In this document: one piece after another, positions 1-33,053 of the stretch | Layout of the letters: every line of letters starts with the position of its first letter | How positions within the stretch are numbered: position 1 is the first letter of the stretch | Assembly: GCF_009914755.1 (NCBI RefSeq) | Contig: NC_060942.1 | Length of the DNA: 64,000 nt | Origin: the human T2T-CHM13v2.0 reference genome, Homo sapiens | Reading direction: 5' to 3' (one strand) | Program-made: the position numbers and the translations under genes | Notes under the pieces: model-generated | Databases searched by the model: none | Seen by the model: only the letters and a program-made list of their open reading frames with translations | What the model was told of the DNA's origin: nothing

Positions 1-454
1 CTCAGCCTCCCAAAGTGCTAGGATTACAGGCGTGAGCCACTGTGCCCGGTCACTTTCACCTTTAACCTAGTTTTTCCCACCCACTAAACTGCAACCTTGC
101 CTTTCTGCATGTATCTTCTATATTTACACTTTGTGTAATATTTTTCTTCTATATTTACACATTGACAATGTCTGTTTATGTGGATGTTTTGTTGGCATCC
201 AACTTAGAAGAAGCAAATGTTCTATTAAGAACATATTGTAGTTCAGTGAGAAGCATGTTTATTAGGCCAAGGTCTCTTTGGAGTTATAATTTTGAATTTA
301 TTATGGATTTATTTTTTGTGGATTATATTTCAGTAAGAAATAATGTGCTTGAGTTTCCTAATCACACTTAACAGGTTCTAGCCTTTATTAAATGTTCTCA
401 TAAAATGACACCTCTCAGGGAATATTTATGAAAATTTTAACCTATAAATTACCT

Positions 455-3375
<2,921 letters not shown>

Positions 3376-3477
3376 CCCATATTTGCCTGTTTTTGAAGAG
3401 TAGTATACTACTTTTGTTTTTAACACTTTGAGTATTTTTACTTTCATTTAATAACATACAGACTGAATTCATGGTGG

Positions 3478-4467
<990 letters not shown>

Positions 4468-4727
4468 GTGGGCCTCTCCCTCTCAAAGTATGAGGTTTTT
4501 GTTTTTTTTGCTAAAGCTGGAGACAAGGTGTGCATAGAGAAGGTGTCACCTGTTACTTACCTTCTGTCGGAGAAAAATCCTGGTGTGAGAAGTTAGGGAA
4601 AAGAGAAAATGGGGTCAAATTTAGCGCTCCTGCTTTTGTTGAATGTGTCAGTTATTTGAACCATTTACTCAATTTTCTTATCTTTTTATGCAGAGTAACT
4701 TTTGTTTATTACTTAATTAGATTAATA

Positions 4728-5133
4728 CTGCCTTAGTCTGTTTTCTGCTCCTAATAACAAATATCTGAGATTGGGTCATTTATAAGAAAAGAAATTTATT
4801 TCTTACAGTTATGGAAGCTGAGAAGTCAAAAGTCAAGAGCTACATTTGGTGAGAGCTGTCTTATGGCGGGGACTCTGAAGAGTCCCGAGGCAGTGCGGGG
4901 TATCAGATGGCCAGGAGGCCGAGCATGCTAGCTCTGGTCTCTCTTTTCGGATAAAGCTACCCAGTACCCTCCCATGATAACCCATTAATCCATTAATCCA
5001 TGAATAGATTAATCCATACATAAGCGCTAAGCCCTCATGAGCCAATCACCTCTTAAAGGCCCTACCTCTCAAAATTGCCACGTGGAGGATTAAATTTCAA
5101 CATGTGCTTTGAAGGGCACATTCAAACCATAGC
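4728..5133 (-). mobile_element. MaLR LTR (MST-family-like)
   Basis: CTTAGTCTGTTTTCTGCT ... AATTTATTTCTTACAGTT ... CCAATCACCTCTTAAAGGCCC ... TTCAAACCATAGCA. Confidence 0.75.
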
Positions 5134-5306
5134 AGATACCATTTATCTTTCCAGAAGCTTAAACAACAACAATAACAACAACAACAAAAAGAACTAAAAA
5201 AGAAAATGAGAGTATAAATATAACTATTTTAGATTAACTATTCCCATACCTTTTCTCTGCCTCTCATTTTCTGGTATTTCTTAATGTTTTCACTTCTTTT
5301 CTTTGA

Positions 5307-8648
<3,342 letters not shown>

Positions 8649-9279
8649 GTGTGTTTATTTATTGGGTTCAAAGTGTAAAAAATGTTTGAGGCTTCTCCCC
8701 CACCCACCCCCCACCCCACCCCACCCCTGGCGAAAAAAAAGAAAAGAGAAAACTGTATCTATTTTCATCCCTAGTGCTGAATACAATGCTCTATATAGAG
8801 AAGACTTGGGATAAATTTTCGATAATGACAATAAACAGAAACATGAGAGGGAAACTAGAAAAAAATTCCATGATATGCTTAAAATGAACTTTTCAAAATA
8901 AGCGCCAGCTCACAAAGTTGTATTTTCATGTTTATACCACTATCACTCAGCTAATTTTGACTAAGGACCTACTGTGTTTTAGGCAATATGCTAGTTGCTT
9001 GGGATGTAAGAAATAATTAAAACACAGCCTTTCTTTCTCAGAGCTTGCTAGTGTGTGAAGAAACAGCTGGGGAGAATAATCCTCGATATACAAGAATCAG
9101 TACTTGAAAATATTCATCTCATTATAAATAACAAGTACATAATTACATGCATGTAGAGTTGTGTTTTATTTTTGTTTTACACTAGTGGTTATCTTTAAAT
9201 CTTTAAACATTACAGTGCTAGTTCATATTTTGGTCTTGGTAGAATATCATGGTTAAAACTTATAATTCAGATTCACTAG

Positions 9280-10430
<1,151 letters not shown>

Positions 10431-10500
10431 AAGTTAAGGTCGGGTGTAGTGGCTCACACCTGTAATCCCAGCACTTTGGGAGGCCGAGGCGGGCGGATCA

Positions 10501-10716
<216 letters not shown>

Positions 10717-10752
10717 TCATAAAAAGAAAAGAAGTTAAAAAATATGATTCAG

Positions 10753-11053
10753 GGCCGGGCGCGGTGGCTCACCCCTGTAATCTCAGCACTTTGGGAGGCC
10801 GAGGCGGGCGGATCACGAGGTCAGGAGATTGAGACCATCCTGGCTAACACGGTGAAACCCCGTCTCTACTAAAAATACAAAAAATTAGCCAGGCGAGGAG
10901 GCGGGCGCCTGTAGTCCCAGCTACTCGGGAGGCTGAGGCAGGAGAATGGCGTGAACCCCGGGGGGCGGAGCCTGCAGTGAGCCGAGATCGCACCACTGCA
11001 CTCCAACCTGGGCGACAGCGAGACTCCGTCTCAAAAAAAAAAAAAAAAAAAAA
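10753..11053 (+). mobile_element. Young CpG-rich AluY (AluYe-like), preceded by an AluS at ~10438-10735
   Basis: Many intact CpGs, GGCGAGG, AACCCCGGGGGGCGGAGCCTGCAG, GCGACAGCGAGAC, a pure A tail and TSD GATTCAG. Confidence 0.85.
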
Positions 11054-11389
11054 GATTCAGGCCAGCCAGCATCCATGGCAGGATCAGCCCCCTCATCCAT
11101 ACAGACCTAATGTAATTATTATGATTGAATCAGAATATATTTTGTACAGACAAAAAAGCACTGGTATTATTATTGCTATCATCTTAGATACAGTATTGAG
11201 GGAGTCTACAAGTACATCTTCAGGAGTTCTCCAAATGGTGGCATTTTTAGTAAATAATTTTATGTTAATATATATTTTTTGTACATGGTTCTCTCAACGT
11301 GTTACCTGAGGAAAAAAATATGTATTTTATAAACAGGCTGAAGTAACGAGGAGGGAAAAGATGTTGAATAATGTGAAAATTATTATTAT

Positions 11390-11845
11390 TAGCTGGCTAG
11401 CCCAATAACCATTGCCAATCCCCTTTCCCTTGCCTGCCTTCACTATGATTGATAAAGTATGTAACTGACAAATTACTTGCTTTCCCAGTCTCTCACTCCA
11501 CCTGGATGGCCATGTGACAGGGGTCTAGCTAATGGATGTAAGTGCAAGTCTTCTGGGAAAGCTTTCACTTTCCTAAAAGGGGAGATGTGTCTGGCTCCAC
11601 TCTTCCCTTTTCATTCTTTGAACACAAATGTGTCATCTGGAACTGCAGCAGCCATCCTGTGTTTAGGAGATAACTAGCCACCGTGATAAGGATGGAATAG
11701 AAACAGCCTGGGTCTTTGATGACATTGGTAAGCCTCTGCACCAGCTCTGGCCTGCCCACCAGAATTCTTATAATACAAGTTAATGAGATATAATTTTTCC
11801 TTAAGGCACTGTTAGGTTTCCTGCAGCTGAAAGTATTCTTAATTG
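11390..11845 (+). mobile_element. Ancient ERVL-type LTR (LTR33-like)
   Basis: GCTTTCCCAGTCTCTC...GGCCATGTGAC...GGAACTGCAGCAGCCATCCTG...CCTGGGTCTTTGATGACATT pattern. Confidence 0.55.
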
Positions 11846-11991
11846 GTACAAGTGGTGTGAGCTCAATATTCTGGAAACAGTAAAGCAAAACAGTATTAAT
11901 GTTTCTTACTAATGCATTAATAAAATTATCATAAATTACTTTCTAGGGATTACTTTCTGGGCCCTTTTAGCAGATAAAAACTCACAAAGGA

Positions 11992-12685
11992 CCAATTTAA
12001 AATGGTAGAATTTATTTTAATATAATGATATATATGTGTCCACATATACTATTTTAAAAATAAGCATGTAAATTATAATCATTATAAAACATAAGTTAGT
12101 CCTAATTTAATATTATCAGAGTAAAAGAGCACATATAGAAGTCAGTCTAACTTTGTTGCACTTGTCTTTTAAAGTTAGAATACATAAAAGATTTAGCACG
12201 TTGTATTTTATCTTATTTCAGTTTTCATGTTATCATCAACTATAAATACCCTTAGGAATGTACCACCTTATAACTTACATTGAAATAGCCAATATTTCTT
12301 AGTAGTTATTAAAGTACCATTAAATCACCTAAAACAAATAATCTAAAAAAATACTAGTTTAAATTAAAACCCTGAGGAATTAAAATTTGTTTTACACAAT
12401 AGTTTTGGTTAAGTGCAATTTCATGTACATACTACTTTGTTTAAGGATGTACTTGGTAAGGCATAGTAAAAATAAAATCTACGTAAGTAACAATCTAATA
12501 CTATATTTAATTTGTTGCTACAAAGTTGTTTTGTTTCTCTAAAAAGTAGTTTTTGCATATCATTCTGGACCTCTTCACCCATCTGCTGGCTTATTTGCTT
12601 TATATACAACAGTTAAAATTTGTGCACTAAGCTGAGCTGCCTTCACAATTGTGGTTCAGACAAAATGCACCCAAAGAACTACATG
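11992..12685 (-). other. ABHD3: ABHD3 3' UTR (AU-rich, ~0.7 kb; 3' end approximate)
   Basis: Repeat-free AT-rich stretch between the stop codon and a poly(A) signal. Confidence 0.75.
12011..12021 (-). terminator. Polyadenylation signal (near-tandem ATTAAA/AATAAA sharing one A) with downstream GU/U-rich element
   Basis: Minus strand reads ATTAAAATAAA; about 20 nt further 3' is CCTTTGTGAGTTTTTATCT (plus 11972-11990). Confidence 0.75.
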
Positions 12686-12858
12686 TTAAGAGAGTTCATG
12701 TCCATGCTCAACCATGGCTTGCACAAATTGCTTGAAGACACGATCCATGTAAGTGGACTGTCTTGGCCAGATTCCCTCCAGAAAACCAATATGGCCTCCA
12801 TAAGAAGTAAGGACCAAAGCAACATTAGGATTTTGCTTAGCAGTTTCTATTGGAATAG
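12686..12858 (-). CDS. ABHD3: ABHD3 terminal exon 9, coding part: (A)IPIETAKQNPNVALVLTSYGGHIGFLEGIWPRQSTYMDRVFKQFVQAMVEHGHELS*, with the catalytic His
   Basis: ggtctgaag|CT ATT CCA; GGHIGF motif; TAA stop at 12686-12688. The visible exons total 904 nt, consistent with the 409-aa protein if exons 1-2 supply 326 coding nt. Confidence 0.97.
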
Positions 12859-13190
12859 CTTCAGACCAAAAAAAACATGGCAATAAGAGAGAAGAAGGAG
12901 AGAGAAAAATATAATCATTATGTTTTTGTCAGGAAAAGCATATACCTTTATCATGTCTAATAAACAGAAATCAAAACACCATTATATAAATATATGTAAT
13001 GAGCATAGTTAAATGGAATGAGTCTACCTTATATCAACTATATTCTTACAACAGTTCATATATATGGTCATGTCTGCACAATCATTTTGGGAAGAATCAA
13101 TCCAAGATTGTTCTTCATAACACAAAAGTATACATCAAGTCTTACTTTGAGAAATTAAAGTAAGACAATTCAAGGAATGGTGAATCCTCA

Positions 13191-15315
<2,125 letters not shown>

Positions 15316-16379
15316 ATATATATATATAATGTGATTGATGCAATAATTACAACTTCACAACTTGGGCTGAGTTTTAGGGGCAAATGAGCTAATTAAAGGT
15401 AACAGCTTCTCTACCTCACCCCCTTGTAAGAAAAAGGAAGCTAAAATTCACTGTAAGAGAACTGGGGCCCTTCCACAAATTGACTGTTTAGACAGTGCTC
15501 TAAATTTGACCCTTCATAACACTCTAAAGAATAAACCGATAGCCCTAAAGCAAGGCTCAACAAGCTAAGTTCTTATCAAAAAGTGGTCCTGAGTTCACGT
15601 CCTTAGCTAGCCACGTCCGTCCCAAGAAAGAACACCTAAAAGTGAACATCTATCTTGGGATCAGGTGTGGGAACTTAAGGGGGAATGGCTGATACTATTT
15701 TTGCTTTTCCTTTTTCACCAAACATTTAGAGTGTTTCATTTGCCTCTAAAGGAATTATCAAGAGCCTAAACTTCACACTCTGGATACATTCAGAAATTTC
15801 TAACAGAGAGTTACAGTCATATCAGAAGAACAAAAGGCTGGGCCACATTTGAGGCATGTGAAAGATGCTGGCTGCCTGTTCTCTCAGACTGCAGACAATT
15901 GTCCACTATTTCATTGCGGCAAGACTATTTTAAAGGCTTGGGAAAGAATAGGAAATAATGAGTTCAAACTTCACCCAAGTGGGTAAGGTTAAAATGTTGG
16001 GAACTTTTTATTGGTAAAAAGGGCAGTGAAATATAAAAACGGGTAGAGAAATACTGGACTTCCTTAATCCAATGAAAATATGCTAAAACAATCACCATGT
16101 AAGTCAACTGATATTAAAGTTCAGAGTTTCATTTTCTAAATTGTGGTCAAGGCTGTAAGTTTCAGCTTCTAAGATTACCTGTGATTAAACATAAATCACA
16201 CAATAAAATAGGATCTCCTAGAGAAATGATAGGTAATTTAAAAATATATATATATACACACACTGGGGATTTTCTGAAAATTTCACAACATATGTGTTAT
16301 GTTTATAGTCAGAATCATTTTTTAAATGAAGTATTTGGGGAAAATGGTTTTAATGCATTGAGGGGAAAGAGAGAAAAAG

Positions 16380-17501
<1,122 letters not shown>

Positions 17502-17955
17502 TAGTCCAAATATGCTTCACTAATTGAGATATTCAAAGCCACTGTGTTTATAAAGTCTCAAGTTCTCTTCCAGATTAAAAGGGAAGAAAAACTTCAAATT
17601 CTTCTTTATAGGAATCTCAGGAAGAAGAGGCAAGTGATAACAATATTCTCCTGAGGCAAAAGGACTGTAACATAATCTGTCCAAAGAACAGTGTATTTGG
17701 TAAGAAGGAAAGGTTATAAAAATGAGAATGAGCAAAACAGTGAGTCATAATTTGTTCTGAGCCTCTCACAATGGACTAGATAAGGGTCTGTGAAAATATT
17801 TAAGTGATTTGAGACATTTAGATACTGTGTTATGAGTATCTAGTTTTTTTATCATAATGGAAATGACACATTTTCTTATTACTATATTTCCTTAAAAATA
17901 ACAATATATTAAAAGTTGATTCATGTCAAAATATATACAAATATGTTAATTTTAC

Positions 17956-18121
17956 CATGACTGGGTGAGAAAACATCATCCACAGAATTTAGACACAATA
18001 CTGGAATTCCTACTGACTTCAGTCTAGGACTCGGACTGGCATCAGTATAATAATCATCAATTGTTTGGTATCCAAACATGACTGAAGTGAATCGCTTATC
18101 AAACTCTCTGATGGATTTAGC
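17956..18121 (-). CDS. ABHD3: ABHD3 coding exon 8 (166 nt): AKSIREFDKRFTSVMFGYQTIDDYYTDASPSPRLKSVGIPVLCLNSVDDVFSPSH, with the catalytic Asp
   Basis: tttcag|GCT AAA ... AGT CAT G|gtaaaa; IREFD, DYY and LNSxDD family motifs; ORF-track entry 17921..18130. Confidence 0.97.
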
Positions 18122-18198
18122 CTGAAACACAAAAACAAATTATATCTAGTCTTGCCCAAAAGAAGAAATAAAAGTATTACATAAAGTTTCTCTCCTAC

Positions 18199-18247
18199 CT
18201 TCATGACATGATCCATATCAACTTGTTTTACAAACATATGTCGGTGC
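18199..18247 (-). CDS. ABHD3: ABHD3 coding exon 7 (49 nt): HRHMFVKQVDMDHVMK
   Basis: ttccag|G CAC CGA ... ATG AAG|gtagga; overlaps ORF-track entry 18019..18237. Confidence 0.95.
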
Positions 18248-18435
18248 CTGGAACAAAAGAATTTCGGAAGTAAAAATCAAGATCATTCCTACTCCATCAT
18301 ACTAAAAGGACTTAAAAACAAATTACTAAACAGCCTACCACAGGGCACAAAGTTGGCACTCAATAAATATTTGCTTAATCAGGTACGGCAGGATTAGAAT
18401 AATAATGTTTGTGCTGAAGATATTTTCTTCAAGTA

Positions 18436-20233
<1,798 letters not shown>

Positions 20234-20264
20234 CTGGAGACAACAGATTTTAAAGATGACTCAC

Positions 20265-20438
20265 TTATTAACTGAAGACTGAAGGCAGGTTGTCAAATAG
20301 TAATTAAAAAGTAGCCAGTTCAGTGGTTTTTCCAATGACTCTGAGCAAGCGAAGGTGTTCCAACCAACGGAAAAAGTTGCAGCTGCCATCAAAGGCGTTT
20401 TGGACCCAATTTTGCCCAAGTAATTTAGAAGCAGCATT
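20265..20438 (-). CDS. ABHD3: ABHD3 coding exon 6 (174 nt): MLLLNYLGKIGSKTPLMAAATFSVGWNTFACSESLEKPLNWLLFNYYLTTCLQSSVN(K)
   Basis: ttttag|A ATG CTG ... GTT AAT AA|gtgagt; frame continuous with exons 5 and 7. Confidence 0.96.
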
Positions 20439-20713
20439 CTAAAATGGGGAGAAACAGGAAACTCAGTGATTAATTTGTTGTATCACAGAAGACATCCATT
20501 TCTAACTACAGACTTTATGTTAACTATGGAGAAGAAAAATATAAACTAGTGTTTAAGTCCTCTATCCTGGAAAAGCATGCAAGCATCTTCATTCTTTCCT
20601 TATATTCATATATTTATTTGTCTTGCAGTCAACTATGTGGTAAATGGGACAAATCATAGTTATTCCTTATATATGTATCCTATGAAGTCAAACATAAGAG
20701 AAATCCACCCTAA

Positions 20714-23503
<2,790 letters not shown>

Positions 23504-25212
23504 CCTTTTAGAGATACCAACTATTTATAAGTGATGTCTGAGATTTGGTACACAATAATCAGAGTTGGGAGAGAGAGGGGAGGGGGTGACACTGATGAAA
23601 CGAGATGATCCATGAGTTGCTGGCACTTGGCCCCAGGGGCATCATAGGCTCTATCACAGGGATTACCCCAGTCCATGGGGCACTGGGCATAAGGATCGTC
23701 CATGGACTGTTTTTGCGTGTTGCATCTCCATAAGAAAAAATGTGTCAAGATATAAAACACATCCCCAAGTGGTAAGCCCACTTGGGATCGTGTCACAGTG
23801 CTAGGCAACTAGAAGGGGTGCTTCCGTCTAACAGTTCACAAGACATTAATGTTCAACCAGCTGTAAAGGCTAATGGTCAAGTTCTGCCTTCAGGCACTGA
23901 GGCTTCAATGCGGCACGAATAGACATTTCCCAGGAGCATTGAATAGAGAATCTGAACCTGTGTATGTAAGCTCCGGCCTTTAGAAAAGCCATGCGTTTAT
24001 ATGATTAAGGGAAAAGTTCAGCTCTCACCCAGTCCTTTAAGGTTCACATTATGGGGGAAAGGAAAGTGACGCTAAACTCCGTCCATTAAGCACAATTCAG
24101 AGAGTCTGCGTGGGTTTTCTCCATTGATTGAGATTTCTTCCTTTAGTAGGTCAAGTCAGACCTTCCATGCTAATGGAAGAAATGTATTCTTTTCTTCTTA
24201 GTTTTATGTTTATCAGAATCTAAAAAGCTGTGGTTAAAGGCCTGTTTTTTAGAGTCTATCATTTGTAAATGCTGTTCATTATCTTTTTAAAAAAATTAAA
24301 ATTTTTTTTCTTTTTCACAGCCACTGGCTATAGAAAAATGCTATTCATTTTCAAGTGATTCATGTTCAAGATGTTCTAAAAACTGAAATGACAGATAAAC
24401 CAATTATAAAATTATGAAAAAATATCATTTTCTATCTTCAGTATTTGCTGATTTAAAAAACTAGTTTTGGACAATGGCTTCAGGAATCTAAAAGCTTAGT
24501 AAAATTCCCGATAATAAAAATTTTGGATTTCCTTAAGCTCACCATCACTAGAACAACCAAAAAAAAAAACCCCAAAAACAATTAGTAGAAATAAGCCTAA
24601 ATAGGAAAGTTCCAAATAAGCCCCAAAGTAATTGCAAGCAGCACAAATGACAATATCCGTATGCTTAAAATAACAGCTGGAGTAGGGGGTTAACAAAATT
24701 TCAGTTTCTAGGAGAGCACTCCACAGTAGTTCCATTTGCCCAGCAACAAAACAAAACAAAACAAAATACCACCTGGGGAAAAATAATTTTGAAGGCCACT
24801 GCAGCTGGAGAGAGCAATAAGTGATTATTTCTGTAACTGGAGTGATGAAAGTCATGCTACAAGTTCAGCTTCAGAACGCAGCTCCAGGGATGGCTGGGAG
24901 TGCGTCAGGAATCAGAAGGTCAACATGGCAGCCGGTGAGTGATGCAATCGACTTCATGGGCTTCAGACAAACCTTCAGGCTCACAAAATCCGCAGTCACA
25001 GAGACCCGTAGTTAAGAAAAATATTAAAATTCACCTGAATTAATTCTTTCCTTCCTTCGTTCATTCAATCAACCGCATTTAATAAAATATGATAAACATA
25101 ATCAGACATTTATTTAAAAAGTGTCCATACAGCTAGCTTATAGTCCTCTCAAAGAGACAGCCAATAAAATAGCTTCCCTCTCAGAGATTATTTTAGAAAG
25201 GGAAAACCTTAC

Positions 25213-25325
25213 CCTCCCATTGAAACCCCTGCTGCCAGGAAAGGAGCAGAAGGGTACAGGCTGTGTACATGGTGAATAACTGTCTCCAAGTCTTCAGTGT
25301 TAGCACAACAATAAGTCCTTGGCGT
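25213..25325 (-). CDS. ABHD3: ABHD3 coding exon 5 (113 nt): [37 protein letters not shown](G), with the catalytic Ser (GxSxG)
   Basis: tccag|ACG CCA AGG ... TCA ATG GGA GG|gtaagg; nucleophile elbow GVSMGG. Confidence 0.96.
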
Positions 25326-25653
25326 CTGGAAGTAGTGACAAGTAAAGCACAAAAATTACAATGTGAGGTTAATGATTTGTAAAATGCAGAAATGTAAACA
25401 GGAGCAAGGAGTCATACATATGAGAAAATAACCTTTGTTTGCACATACTGTAGTATTAATAATTTATCATTTTCCTGTCTTGCAGCGCACATACATGCCA
25501 TTTAAAGTCAGCACAGTTAGAGTTGGCACTAACAAAAAGACCATGAACATGCAAGGAAGGCTTGATGCAGATGGGGCAAGACCAATACAAATACCTTCAA
25601 TTAAACAAAGTACCATACTCAAACGTGTCTCCAACTTAACCAGAGCAGTTTAG

Positions 25654-30330
<4,677 letters not shown>

Positions 30331-30954
30331 TATAAAGCTCCTTATGCCTCAATACATAATGATCCAATGGTAAAGATCGACAGTTTCCAGAACTCTGAGA
30401 TTCAGCAAATCTAGAACCTTTCCATCATAGTCGGCCTCCTGCTAGCTCCTCCCCTGGCGGCTCTGCTAGCTTTCCATTTCCTACCCAGTCTCTCACTTTT
30501 CCCCCAACCCCAAATGCAGGTAGGTATTCATTCCCAAAAGTTTTGTCTTAGGCTTGTATCTGCTTATTTTCTGGTCAATACCCAGTTCTTGAAGCTCTTA
30601 TCTACTCCCCTATCTTCATCAATCACCTCTCCCCAGTGACTGAACCTAAACCTCCACTGTCACTTTCATCCTCAGCTCCAGATTCAAATTTCCAAGTTCC
30701 AGCAGGCAGCTGCCCTGTAATGTTCTACCAGTACTTCAGACTCAACATGCACGAAGATTAACCCATTTTCCTCTTCATGAAAACTCCCAACGCTTCTCCT
30801 AACTTCCCATTTCCCTATAAATGGCACTTATATTTTCCTAGTTAAAATTGTGGGCGACATGGCATTCTCCCTCTCCCTTAACTGCACAGCTGATAAACTG
30901 CCCAATCCTGTAGCTTCTTCCTCCTCAGTGAAAGGAAACTCCTCTCGAGTACAG

Positions 30955-31420
30955 GGCTGGTAAGTTGGATTCTCTCAAAAGGGGCCCTGAAGCAAGGATG
31001 TGAGTGCCAGCAGTTCATATGGAAGGCGACACCAGGAAGCACCCGCGGGAGAGTGGCAGAGTGAGTCAGGAAAGGCAGGAAGTCAATAAGAAAATGATAC
31101 CAGGCAGTTTATGGCTGTGGGCAACTGGGACTCAAGTCCTTGGGATAGTCTGGGAGACTGTTGAACAAGGCTTACAATGATCCCCACTGAGTGGCAAATG
31201 AGCTATTTATCCACCAATTCCCTTTTAGCCACTGGTTGAAGCCTATCCTGGAGGATGTTAACGCCCCGGTACTTCTGGTCTGCCCTAAGTGCAGTTCCAG
31301 CAGGCTCCGATGGCTAGAGAAGGCCCCCAGTCACAGAGATGCAGGAAGCCCTCAAAAAGGCATACGTGGGAATGGTAAGTGCCAAGGGGGTAAGGATGTA
31401 GCACCAGCTGTCTTTGCTAC
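30955..31420. mobile_element. ERVL LTR16-like element flanked by L2 relics (~30500-30930 and ~31430-31720)
   Basis: CCTGAAGCAAGGATGTGAGTGCCAGCAGTTCATATGGAAGGCGACACCAGGAAGCACC resembles LTR16; flanks show the L2-like TCAGACTCAACATG. Confidence 0.5.
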
Positions 31421-31793
31421 AAGGCCTTTTTGCCTCTCACCTGGACTGCCACAAAACTGGTTAACTCCCAGTTTTTCTTGATAATCATTCATAATCCTAC
31501 ATCATTAATCTACACTATCAGATTAATCTTCCTAATGAACACTTGCAGCTGTAATCATGACAGTCTTTCTGCTTAAAATTTCTCATTAGCTTTTCACTGC
31601 CTACTGAATTAAGCCTCTGCCAAGCATTCAAGACTTTCCACAATATGACGCCGAGCAATCCTTCCAGCTCTGTATTTTATTATTTCTCCAAATGTACAGA
31701 TGCAGACCAATGGGATACTGTTCTCTTGCCTGCTAGGCCCCTTAATATCCTTGCCACCTGTGACCTTCACCTGCCTGGTGTCCTTCTCTGTCA

Positions 31794-32240
<447 letters not shown>

Positions 32241-32822
32241 CTATCACTGTCTTTTCACCTCTAGCTTTGTTAATAAACCCTTGTCAAACTGAACTGACAC
32301 ACAGGACTAAAAGGGAGGAGACCTGATTAACTAATAAGTTCTGATATACACAACTATGCAGTTCTATCGCACAGCCGCTTGCTGCTTGATGGGTTCCAAC
32401 AGGAAACATCATCTGTCTTCTTTCTTCACAGGAGCTGAAGTTAGAAATAAGCACAGCCTACAGAACTTGGGACCCATTAAAGAATCACCCAGAATACACA
32501 GCAAAGACATTTATGGGGCAGTATATTGAATTGATAGGCTTTGCAGAAACTGTCTCCAGGCCTGAAGATACAACTAGAAGCCTTTTAGACAAAAAACTCT
32601 GGTTAAATTCTGTTACTCGGGCTAGTAATGCAACTGGCAGCTATCCTTCTGGTAGATGAAATCACATCTAATCAGAAGAGAGACGAAGGAAGACCTGGGA
32701 GGATTCTGCTGGGTGGTGAAACTCCTTCTGGGTGGGATGAGGATGGGAAAAATGTAAAAAATCCAAAAGATATATCACTTCCAGCAGATATTTGGACATA
32801 AACATTCAATAAGTTAGAATAA

Positions 32823-33053
<231 letters not shown>

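Noticed and set aside
11992-12685. miR-320 seed site in the ABHD3 3' UTR (host-gene feedback idea)
   Set aside because: No CAGCUUU match seen on the mRNA strand.
15336-15344. Second TGATGCAAT C/EBP-ATF motif
   Set aside because: Single 9-mer beside an Alu tail with no motif cluster; expected by chance.
15470-15690. Possible ERV1-type LTR fragment
   Set aside because: Resemblance too weak to name a family or set boundaries by eye.
24496-24855. 119-aa non-repeat minus-strand ORF
   Set aside because: No recognisable domain and it runs through T-rich simple sequence; the splice-compatible reading from exon 5 uses a different frame.
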